From Angustibacter luteus (GTDB lineage: Bacteria; Actinomycetota; Actinomycetes; Actinomycetales; Angustibacteraceae): DNA of 64,000 bases. Of the stretch, positions 55,820-63,278 are shown piece by piece. Made by a program: the position numbers and the translations under genes. A model generated the notes under the pieces. It made no database searches. It saw nothing but the letters and a program-made list of their open reading frames with translations, and had not been told where the DNA came from. The stretch spans positions 310,001-374,000 of the forward strand of contig NZ_BAABFP010000002.1 of NCBI RefSeq assembly GCF_039541115.1, in the 5' to 3' direction. How positions within the stretch are numbered: the first letter of the stretch is position 1; every line of letters starts with the position of its first letter.

Positions 55820-57121
55820 CTACTCCACGCGGGTGACGACCCGGGTCAGCGCCGACACGACCCGAGGGTCGTACTCGTAGGCCAGTCCGAGGTGGATCCG
55901 CTCGAGCGCCTCGCGTCGCCGGCTCTCCGTGCCACCGTCCCCGACGAGGTCGTCGTAGGCGTTCGCGGCCTTGATGATCCGGCTGCCCAGCGGGACGGCG
56001 CGGTCATCGGTCTGGTGGTGACGGCGGTACGGCTCGCACTGGCGCTCGATCATGTCGGCGACGTCGTTCAGCACGCCGGTCCGGCGGACCACGTCGGCCC
56101 CCAGGTCGGCGATCCGGCGCTGCTCCATCGGGGCGGCCATCACGGTCGCCCCGCCGGGGATGGGCTCGCTGAGCGACAGCTGCCCGATGTCGTGCAGCAG
56201 CGCGGCGTACTCCAGGTCGCGCAGCGAGCGCTCGACCATGCCGAGGTCGCGGCCCATGGCCAGCGCCAGCGACGCCACCCGTCGCGAGTGCCCGGTCTCG
56301 GTGTAGCCGCCGAGCTCGGTGACCCGGGACAGCGACCGGATGGTCTGGTTGTAGGTCTCCTGGATCGTGGAGTACCGGCGGAACGCGAACTGGGTGAGCA
56401 GCAGCGGCGCCAGGAACACCGGCACGGCCAGCAGACCCATCGGCTCGGCGGCGAGGGCGATCAGCACCCCACCGCAGCCGATCGCGCTGCCCAGGGCGGA
56501 GTTGAACCGCAGCTCGTCGACCAGGACGGACTTGAGCCGGGCGTTCTCGTCGCCGGCGCGCATGGTGGCGGCCAGGATCGCGTCGAACGCCAACGAGACG
56601 GCCACCGCGAGCAGCATCAGCACCGCCAGGAACGACCGGTTGCCGACCCAGGCGCGACCGGCCTCGGCGACCGAGCCGTGCTCGGTGAACGGGATGACCC
56701 GCCAGATCACGGTGAGCAGCGTGATCGCCAGGAACCGGTGCACCAGCCCGGCCAGCTCCGGCGGCCGACCGGCGAGCAGGTGCGGCAGGATGCCCACGAC
56801 GGTGGCGAGGGCGACGACGGCGATCACGGTCGCCGGGTCCACGGACCCGCCGTGCGAGGGACCGACGTTGGTGGTCAGCACGAACGCCACGGCCGCGGCG
56901 GTGCCGATCGGCGCCGCCTCGCGGTCGCCCGGCAGCCACACCCGCAGCGCCTCCCCCAGCGCGATCGCTGCGGCGAAGACCACCACGACATCGACGTTGT
57001 GCGCGCCGCGCTGGGTCAGGCCGGCCGCGGACGCCCCGACCGCCGCGGCCGCGACCATGGCGGCCAGGCAGCTGAAGGCCCAGGTGAGGGACAGCCGCGG
57101 TCCGTTGGGTCCGAGGGTCAT
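55820..57121 (-). CDS. Membrane-bound degenerate HD-GYP protein
   Basis: Multi-TM N-terminus; GHSRRV and LLHDIG kept, but HHE..DG.GYP is replaced by QCEPY and the later ADAFD by ANAYD; ATG overlaps the upstream TGA. Confidence 0.82.
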   Translation of the reverse strand: MTLGPNGPRLSLTWAFSCLAAMVAAAAVGASAAGLTQRGAHNVDVVVVFAAAIALGEALRVWLPGDREAAPIGTAAAVAFVLTTNVGPSHGGSVDPATVIAVVALATVVGILPHLLAGRPPELAGLVHRFLAITLLTVIWRVIPFTEHGSVAEAGRAWVGNRSFLAVLMLLAVAVSLAFDAILAATMRAGDENARLKSVLVDELRFNSALGSAIGCGGVLIALAAEPMGLLAVPVFLAPLLLTQFAFRRYSTIQETYNQTIRSLSRVTELGGYTETGHSRRVASLALAMGRDLGMVERSLRDLEYAALLHDIGQLSLSEPIPGGATVMAAPMEQRRIADLGADVVRRTGVLNDVADMIERQCEPYRRHHQTDDRAVPLGSRIIKAANAYDDLVGDGGTESRRREALERIHLGLAYEYDPRVVSALTRVVTRVE

Positions 57122-58554
57122 CCGCGCTCCCCCTGGGCCGGCTGGCCGTCCAGGTCCAGCGGGAGCCGACCCTCGACGGCGAAGCCCGGGTCGTCGTGGT
57201 CGCGCGAGTCCGGCGGCTCGGGACCGAACGCCCCGGGGACGTCGAGCCCGGCCAGCCGGGGGTCGGGTGCGTCGGCCTGCGGGTCGGCCGGCACCCACTG
57301 GGTCCGCTGCAGCCCGTCGGTGAGCGCCGCGACGAAGACCGCATCGAACTGTGTGCCGGTGCACTGCCGCAGCTCCTCGACCGCGTCCTCGACGCTGCGA
57401 GCCTGCCGGTAGGAACGGGTCGAGGTCATGGAGTCGAAGGCGTCCGCGACGGCGATGATGCGCGCGAACTCGGGAATCGCCGAACCGGCCAGACCCATCG
57501 GGTAGCCCCGGCCGTCAAGCCGCTCGTGGTGGTGCAGGATCCCCTCGAACGCCTCACCGAGGAACTCGATCTCGCGCACCATCTCGAGACCGCGCACCGG
57601 GTGCCGCGCGATCGTGGCGAACTCCTCGTCGGTGAGGGCACCGGTCTTCTGCAGCACCCGGGTGGGCACCCCCAGCTTGCCGACGTCGTGCAGCATGCCG
57701 GCGAAGTGCAGGGTCGACGTCCGCTGCTGGGACAGGCCCGAGGCCCGGGCGATGATCACGGACGCGCGAGCCACCCGCTCGCTGTGGCCCCGGGTGTAGT
57801 GGTCCTTGGCCTCCACGGCCTGCACGAGGGCGGCCACCGTGCGTTCGTGCGCAGCGTTCTGCTCGGCGTACTGGGCGAAGGCCCAGCGGGCGACGAAGAG
57901 CGGGGCGAGCACCAGGACGGCGGACAGCGGGCCGACGCCGGCGGCCTTCCAGAGCACCACCAGCAGGAGGCCGAACAGGCCGTAGCCGACGTACGCGACG
58001 CCGCCGCTGCGGAGCATGCCGGTCAGCACCTCGCGGAACGGGACGCGGTTGTTCACGCTGACGATGCCCGCGACCAGCACCGCGTTCGCCAGGCACATGA
58101 CGACGTCGGCCAGCACCAGCGGGAGGGCGAGCCGGGTGAGCAGGTCACCGGTCGCGCCCAGCCACGTCTCGGGATCGGTCGTGCCGCCGAGCACCGTGAA
58201 CGCGAGCCCGGCGGACCCGGCCAGCAGCACGTACAGGGCCGTGTTCATCGCCCAGCGGACCGGCGAGACGCGGCGGATCTCCGGCAGCCAGGACGCGATC
58301 CCGACGAGCATGGCGCCCGTGGTGCCGACCAGCACGACCGAGGCCAGCAGCACGATGGAGTTGGTGCCGAGGTCGGTCCGCTCGTAGACGCCACGGACCC
58401 GCGTGACGCTGCTGACCAGGCACAACAGCGCCAGGACGGCGATATCGGCCCAGTGCTCGGGCGGCGAGACCCGCCAGCTGACGGCCAGCGACGCGCAGGC
58501 GAGCAGGACCGACCCACCGACGTACAGTCGGACGCGGGCCTGACTGCGGTCCAC
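57118..58554 (-). CDS. Membrane-bound HD-GYP c-di-GMP phosphodiesterase
   Basis: Multi-TM sensor region; HSERV, LHDVGK, HP..G, HHHERLDGRGYP and ADAFDSMT..RSY; GAGGGAG RBS. Confidence 0.92.
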   Translation of the reverse strand: MDRSQARVRLYVGGSVLLACASLAVSWRVSPPEHWADIAVLALLCLVSSVTRVRGVYERTDLGTNSIVLLASVVLVGTTGAMLVGIASWLPEIRRVSPVRWAMNTALYVLLAGSAGLAFTVLGGTTDPETWLGATGDLLTRLALPLVLADVVMCLANAVLVAGIVSVNNRVPFREVLTGMLRSGGVAYVGYGLFGLLLVVLWKAAGVGPLSAVLVLAPLFVARWAFAQYAEQNAAHERTVAALVQAVEAKDHYTRGHSERVARASVIIARASGLSQQRTSTLHFAGMLHDVGKLGVPTRVLQKTGALTDEEFATIARHPVRGLEMVREIEFLGEAFEGILHHHERLDGRGYPMGLAGSAIPEFARIIAVADAFDSMTSTRSYRQARSVEDAVEELRQCTGTQFDAVFVAALTDGLQRTQWVPADPQADAPDPRLAGLDVPGAFGPEPPDSRDHDDPGFAVEGRLPLDLDGQPAQGERG

Positions 58555-58629
58555 TTGGCTCCCTCGTGATGGGCCAGAGTGCGTGAGGGAGACCGGCGGC
58601 TGGGGCGAACGAGTCGTTTAGCTCGTCGG

Positions 58630-58701
58630 TCAGCCGTTCATCCAGGTCCAGCCGGGCTGGGAGGAAAGGAACTTCTCGACTGCGGACACGATCTTGCTCA
58701 C
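58630..58701 (-). CDS. 23-aa peptide MSKIVSAVEKFLSSQPGWTWMNG
   Basis: AAGGAG RBS, GTG start, almost all codons G/C-ending, first ORF of the HD-GYP unit; not in the track. Confidence 0.7.
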   Translation of the reverse strand: MSKIVSAVEKFLSSQPGWTWMNG

Positions 58702-58778
58702 GGGACACCACTCCTTGATCGGGTCGTCACGAGGCCGCTATTCCCCGCGCGCACTCCGCTCCGCTCTGGAAATGGACC

Positions 58779-58817
58779 TACCGGACAAACATACAGGGGT
58801 GACGTTTGTCCGGTAAA
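58779..58817 (-). promoter_or_regulatory. Operator palindrome overlapping a sigma70-type promoter
   Basis: TACCGGACAAAC-N13-GTTTGTCCGGTA (perfect, 58779-58815); minus strand TTTACC-N18-TATGTT overlaps it. Confidence 0.65.
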
Positions 58818-58980
58818 GCACCGCCGGTCTCCTTCACGCACTCTGGAGTTGTTCTGGTCTCGCTCGGCGGATGCTATCCGCCGATCCGCTCCGGGAGCCG
58901 CATGTCGCGCGGTCCGTGGACGCGTCGTTGCTCCGTTCGAGTGAACCAGAGGCTCACCCTGAGCGACATTCGACCCAAGA

Positions 58981-59006
58981 GTCACGCTGCGCAGCCGGGT
59001 GCCGAC
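58981..59006 (+). promoter_or_regulatory. Sigma28-like promoter
   Basis: GTCA-N16-GCCGAC, 34 nt before ATG 59041. Confidence 0.5.
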
Positions 59007-59040
59007 TACGTTCTGTGGTGACCGACCCCGAGGGAGCGAG

Positions 59041-59694
59041 ATGACGTCGTTGCGGCTACGGCCCGAGTTGGAGGACGTCCTGCGCACGGTGCCGGGCATC
59101 CAGGCAGTCAGCGTGGTGACCACCCCGGACGGCGCGCCCATCGAGGTGCACGTGCTGGCCGACCAGGGCAAGCCCGCCAAGCAGGTGGTCCGCGACGTCC
59201 AGTCCATCGCCATGACCGCGTTCGACCTCGACCTCGACCGGAAGATCGTCAGCGTCGTCCAGGTGGGCGAGGCGCCCTCCGCCACCCCGCTGCAGCTCGT
59301 TCCCGAACCGCCGGAGCCGACGGTCCGGCCCGTCGTGCAGCGGGTGAGCGTGAGCACCGAGCCCGGCAGCTCGGCGGCGGCGGTGACGGTGCGGATCGGC
59401 GACGACGAGTTCAGCGGCGAGGTGACCGGCGCCCCCACCACCGCCGCGCGCTCGCGGATGGTCGCCGAGGCGACCGTCCAGGCGGTCGGTGAGCTGCTCG
59501 GCGCCGGCTGCGAGGTGGAGTCCGCCCAGCTGCTGCGGGCCGGTGCGCACGACGTCGCCGTCGTCGTCGTGGCGCTGCAGGTCCCCCGGGTCGGTGAGCA
59601 GCTGCTCACCGGCAGCGCCCTCGTGCGCACCTACCCGGACGACGCGGTCGTGCGGGCCGTGCTCGATGCGCTGAATCGGCACCTGGCGGGCTGA
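59041..59694 (+). CDS. Hypothetical protein (217 aa), C-terminus resembling the LeuA allosteric domain
   Basis: GAGGGAG RBS, high GC3; EVHVLA...PAKQVVRDVQS...DRKIVSVVQ N-domain and a C-terminal GSAL...DAVVRAVLDALNR. Confidence 0.78.
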   Translation: MTSLRLRPELEDVLRTVPGIQAVSVVTTPDGAPIEVHVLADQGKPAKQVVRDVQSIAMTAFDLDLDRKIVSVVQVGEAPSATPLQLVPEPPEPTVRPVVQRVSVSTEPGSSAAAVTVRIGDDEFSGEVTGAPTTAARSRMVAEATVQAVGELLGAGCEVESAQLLRAGAHDVAVVVVALQVPRVGEQLLTGSALVRTYPDDAVVRAVLDALNRHLAG

Positions 59695-59773
59695 TCGAAG
59701 CCCGGCTCACCCGAGTCCCGCGGTGTGGGACCATGGACCCGAGCACGCCGCGAGCACGACGAAAGGAGCAGCG

Positions 59774-59848
59774 ATGAGCAAGCGCGCCCGCAAGCGCCGC
59801 AGCCGCAAGGGCAACTCCGCCAACCACGGCAAGAAGCCCAACGCGTAG
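59774..59848 (+). CDS. 50S ribosomal protein bL37 (actinobacterial)
   Basis: AAGGAG RBS; MSKRARKRRSRKGNSANHGKKPNA matches the bL37 ANHGK(R/K)PNA signature; not in the track. Confidence 0.9.
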   Translation: MSKRARKRRSRKGNSANHGKKPNA

Positions 59849-59866
59849 GCATCGCCCACGACGTGA

Positions 59867-59900
59867 CGAGGGGCCCGAACCTGATGGTTCGGGCCCCTCG
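59867..59900. terminator. Bidirectional terminator between bL37 and rsrA
   Basis: CGAGGGGCCCGAACC-TGAT-GGTTCGGGCCCCTCG perfect 15-bp stem. Confidence 0.75.
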
Positions 59901-59925
59901 CTCGTGTCAGCGTCGTGCTGCCGGT

Positions 59926-60192
59926 TCAGGCGTCGTACTGGATCCGCACCTGGGTGATCCGGGTGAGCACGCGGGTGCGCAGCTCGTCGGGCGCCGCCTC
60001 GCACGCGCAGCTGCGCCGGATCAGCGCCTTGAGCGCCTGGTCGAGGTCGTACTCCTGCAGGCAGGGCCCGCACTCCTCGAGGTGCTGCTTGATCTTCGCG
60101 CAGTCCAGCTCGGCCATCTCGTCGTCGAGGTACTCGAAGACGCGGTCGAGGACCTCACGGCAGTCCGTCTCGTGGTGGTTCCCGCAGCTCAC
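59926..60192 (-). CDS. rsrA: Zinc-binding anti-sigma factor RsrA/RshA
   Basis: MSCG...[10 protein letters not shown] (HxxxCxxC) and APDELR; coupled to sigR. Confidence 0.93.
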   Translation of the reverse strand: MSCGNHHETDCREVLDRVFEYLDDEMAELDCAKIKQHLEECGPCLQEYDLDQALKALIRRSCACEAAPDELRTRVLTRITQVRIQYDA

Positions 60193-60848
60193 GACTCGCC
60201 TCCGCCAGGCCTTCCGGCGGCCACCAGGCCGCGCTCACGTGCGTAGTCCGTCAGCAGCTCGCGCAGCTGTCGCCGCCCACGGTGCAGGCGAGACATCACG
60301 GTGCCGATCGGCGTACCCATGATCTCCGCGATCTCCTTGTAGGCAAAGCCCTCCACGTCGGCGTAGTACACCGCCATGCGGAAGTCCTCGGGGATCTGCT
60401 GCAGCGCGTCCTTGACGTCGCTGTCCGGCAGGTGGTCCAACGCCTCGGCCTCGGCCGAGCGCAGGCCACGCGAGGTGTGCGACTCGGCGCGCGCCAGCTG
60501 GTAGTCCTCGATGTTCTCGGCATCGGACTGCTGGGGCTCACGCTGCTTCTTGCGGTACGTGTTGATGTAGGTGTTCGTCAGGATCCGGTACAGCCACGCC
60601 TTGAGGTTCGTGCCCGGGCGGTACTGGTGGAACGCGGCGAACGCCTTGGCGAACGTCTCCTGCACGAGGTCCTCGGCGTCGGCCGGGTTGCGGGTCATCC
60701 GCAGGGCCGCCGAGTAGAGCTGGTCCAGGTACTGCATCGCGTCCCGCTCGAAGCGCTCGGTGCGGTCCTGGGCGCTCTCGGTCTCGGGCGCACGGGTGGT
60801 GTCGTCGGCGTCCTCGGCCCCGGCCGGGGTCTGGCTGGTCTCTGTCAT
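60189..60848 (-). CDS. sigR: ECF sigma factor SigR/SigH (possible extended isoform from TTG 61004)
   Basis: [33 protein letters not shown] and [15 protein letters not shown]. Confidence 0.95.
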   Translation of the reverse strand: MTETSQTPAGAEDADDTTRAPETESAQDRTERFERDAMQYLDQLYSAALRMTRNPADAEDLVQETFAKAFAAFHQYRPGTNLKAWLYRILTNTYINTYRKKQREPQQSDAENIEDYQLARAESHTSRGLRSAEAEALDHLPDSDVKDALQQIPEDFRMAVYYADVEGFAYKEIAEIMGTPIGTVMSRLHRGRRQLRELLTDYARERGLVAAGRPGGGES

Positions 60849-61064
60849 CGCTGACCAGGGTATCGCCGTCTGGACCTCGGACCTGACCGTCGTCCGCTTG
60901 CGTGACGCGGTTGAGGCTGGGCCCGCGGCCGGGGTCGACGCCCCGGAAGTCCAACGGCCGAGCGCCGGTCCGTCCAGCGCGCGGTCAGCTGCAGCAGTGA
61001 GCAACGCGAATCCTCCCGATCGAGTGGGTGACGACCTGCCGGTCGTCGGCCCGTCGGTGGTGAG

Positions 61065-61090
61065 AACGCGCTCGGTGCGATGGTCATTCC
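61065..61090 (-). promoter_or_regulatory. SigR-dependent autoregulatory promoter
   Basis: GGAAT-N18-GTT on the minus strand, the SigR/SigH consensus. Confidence 0.8.
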
Positions 61091-61734
61091 GTCAGCTGCG
61101 CGAGCAGCTCACGGACGGCGGCCACGACCGCCGGCAGGTCGCCGGACAGTCCGTGGTCGCCGGCCACGGCCACGACCCGACCGGACGACGGCAGCACGGG
61201 CTCGACGTCCTGCGGGCCGCCGAACGGGTCCCGTCGGCCCTGCACGACGAGCAGCGGTAGGCCCCCGACCAGCGCGAGCTCGTCCGCCCGGCTGCGTTCA
61301 GGCTTGCCGGGCGGGTGCAGCGGGAAGGCCAGGGCCAGCACGGCGTCCGCCGCCAGCGCGGTGGCCGTCCGGCAGGCCACCCGAGCCCCCGCGCTCCGAC
61401 CCCCCACCACGAGCGGACCAGGCAGCGCTCCTCGACCGGAGCGCAGCTCGCGCACCGCGGGCAGCCAGGCCTCATCCAACCTCGGCGGTGGGGCCGCGAC
61501 CCGCTTACCGGCCACCAGCCACGGCTGCTCCACCAGGGCGACGGCCCAGCCGTCGTCCACGGCGGCCCGGGCGGCCGCGGTCAGGTCCTTGGCGCCGAAC
61601 CCGCCGCCGGCGCCGTGGCCGAGCACGAGGGTGCCGACCGCGCGCACCGGCCGCCGGACGTGCACCCGGGCCGGACCCACCGGCGTCTCGACGTCGCGCA
61701 CCTGCGGGGCGGGCGGGCGAGCCGCGGCCGCCAT
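61084..61734 (-). CDS. Alpha/beta hydrolase
   Basis: [13 protein letters not shown] nucleophile elbow, [16 protein letters not shown] and GDH. Confidence 0.88.
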   Translation of the reverse strand: MAAAARPPAPQVRDVETPVGPARVHVRRPVRAVGTLVLGHGAGGGFGAKDLTAAARAAVDDGWAVALVEQPWLVAGKRVAAPPPRLDEAWLPAVRELRSGRGALPGPLVVGGRSAGARVACRTATALAADAVLALAFPLHPPGKPERSRADELALVGGLPLLVVQGRRDPFGGPQDVEPVLPSSGRVVAVAGDHGLSGDLPAVVAAVRELLAQLTE

Positions 61735-62525
61735 CAGCCCAGCACCTCCCCGGTCATCGGGTCGACGACGCCCACGAGCTCCTCGCGCCGCGCCGGCTCG
61801 AGCAGCGTCGGGCCCTCGTTGCGAACGTCACCGACCCGGCGAGACACCGGGTAGGCCTCGAATCGGCCGGGTGGCGGCGGGTCGAGCAGCGGGCGGACGT
61901 CGTCCGGATCGGTGCGAGCGGGGTCGAGCCAGGCGTCCCAGCGCTCGCGCGGCACCACGAACGGCATCCGGTCGTGCAGCCGGTCCAGCCCCGGCTCGGC
62001 CGGCCCGGTGACGATGGTGAACGTGGTCAGCCAGGCGTCCGGGTCGTCGTCCGGCACGGCGTCGTTGCGCCAGAACTCGTACAGGCCGCCGAAGACCAGC
62101 CGGTCACCGCCGGCGAGGTGGGTGAAGAACGGCTGCTTGCGCGGTTTGCCCTTCACGTCCAGCGCGGTCGGGCTGGTCTGCCACTCGTACCAGCCGTCCG
62201 CGGGCACCAGGCAGCGCCGGGCTGCCGCCGCCCGCTTGAAGCCCGGCTTGTCGAACAGCGACTCGACCCGCGCGTTGATCATCCGGCTGCCGATCTTCGG
62301 GTCCTTGGCCCAGGACGGCACCAGGCCCCAGGTCAGCAGCCGCAGCTGGCGCACCGGTGGCGCGGAGCGGTCCGACCGCGGCGGACGCTCGAGCACGACC
62401 GGCACCTGGTGCGTCGGCGCCACGTTGTAGTCGGGCAGCACCGCTCCACCCGTCTCGTCGGACTCGATCTCGAGCTCCTCGACGAGGTCGTCCGGGTTGG
62501 CGCTCGCCGCGTACCTGCCGCACAT
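61734..62525 (-). CDS. SOS response-associated peptidase (SRAP/YedK/HMCES family)
   Basis: N-terminal MCGRY, YNVAPT, WGLVPSW, INARVE, GWYEW and HDRMP; track ORF over-extended. Confidence 0.93.
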   Translation of the reverse strand: MCGRYAASANPDDLVEELEIESDETGGAVLPDYNVAPTHQVPVVLERPPRSDRSAPPVRQLRLLTWGLVPSWAKDPKIGSRMINARVESLFDKPGFKRAAAARRCLVPADGWYEWQTSPTALDVKGKPRKQPFFTHLAGGDRLVFGGLYEFWRNDAVPDDDPDAWLTTFTIVTGPAEPGLDRLHDRMPFVVPRERWDAWLDPARTDPDDVRPLLDPPPPGRFEAYPVSRRVGDVRNEGPTLLEPARREELVGVVDPMTGEVLG

Positions 62526-62619
62526 GGGGCCAGCCTGCCACCACCCGCCGACACCCCCGGGTCGCGCCGACCGGCCCGGCTGGGCAGGATGGGACCCGTC
62601 CGCGACCCGGGGAGGCCCC

Positions 62620-63189
62620 ATGTCCGTCGTTCGCCGCATCGCCCGCCCACTGCTGGCCCTGACGTTCGTCGACGGCGGCTGGGACAGCTTCCGGCACCCG
62701 GCGGAGAAGGCCAAGAAGGCCGCCCCCGTGCTCGAGAAGGTCGCGCCGGTGCTCGGCCTGCCGAACGACCCGGAGATGCTGGTCCGGGCGAACGGGCTGG
62801 CCATGATGGGCGCCGGCGTCCTGTTCGCCACCAACCGCGCCCCGCGCACGAGCGCGCTCGTGCTGGCGGCGACGCTGGTGCCGACGACCGTGGCCGGGCA
62901 CCCGTTCTGGGAGGCCGACGACCCGGCCACCAAGCGGCAGCAGCGGCTGCACTTCTTCAAGAACCTCGGCATGCTCGGCGGTCTGCTCCTGGCGATCGTG
63001 GACACCGAGGGCAAGCCCGGCCTGAGCTGGCGCGCGCAGCGGGCCGCCAAGGATGCCAAGCGCGCCGCGGGAGCCGCGAAGAAGGACGCCCGACACGCCG
63101 CGCACGACGCCCGCCGGGAGGCCAAGCTCGCCAAGGCGCGGGCCAAGGCGCAGGTCGCCGATGTGCTGCCGGACCTGCCCGGCAGCTGA
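62620..63189 (+). CDS. DoxX family membrane protein
   Basis: GGAGG RBS; ARPLLA, PTT.AGHPFW and FFKNLGMLGGLL. Confidence 0.85.
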   Translation: MSVVRRIARPLLALTFVDGGWDSFRHPAEKAKKAAPVLEKVAPVLGLPNDPEMLVRANGLAMMGAGVLFATNRAPRTSALVLAATLVPTTVAGHPFWEADDPATKRQQRLHFFKNLGMLGGLLLAIVDTEGKPGLSWRAQRAAKDAKRAAGAAKKDARHAAHDARREAKLAKARAKAQVADVLPDLPGS

Positions 63190-63278
63190 CCGCGGCACCT
63201 GACCCCGGCACTGACCCAGGCCCGACCTCGGCGGGACCGGGTTAGACGCGGTCCGCTCGACCCGCGAGACTGTCGGGC

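Larger units (their letters stand above)
58574..58846. repeat. 26-bp inverted repeat pair (58574-58599 and 58821-58846)
   Basis: CCGCCGGTCTCC(C/T)TCACGCACTCTGG on opposite strands, 25/26 identical, enclosing 221 bp. Confidence 0.9.

Noticed and set aside
58599..58611. GCTGGGGCGAACG matching the REP half-copy region at 6122-6134
   Set aside because: Only 13 nt, and it lacks the TGCATGATCAC core; plausible by chance.
58902..59021. 39-aa ORF MSRGPWTRR... with GGGAG upstream
   Set aside because: Poor codon usage for this genome (CGA, AGT, ATT, GTT), and it overlaps the predicted sigma28 promoter of the 59041 gene; unsupported without conservation data.
61734..62525. SRAP gene as a marker of a prophage or mutagenesis cassette
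   Set aside because: It lies in the ordinary aroA-DoxX-SRAP-hydrolase-sigR neighbourhood with no phage or error-prone polymerase genes.
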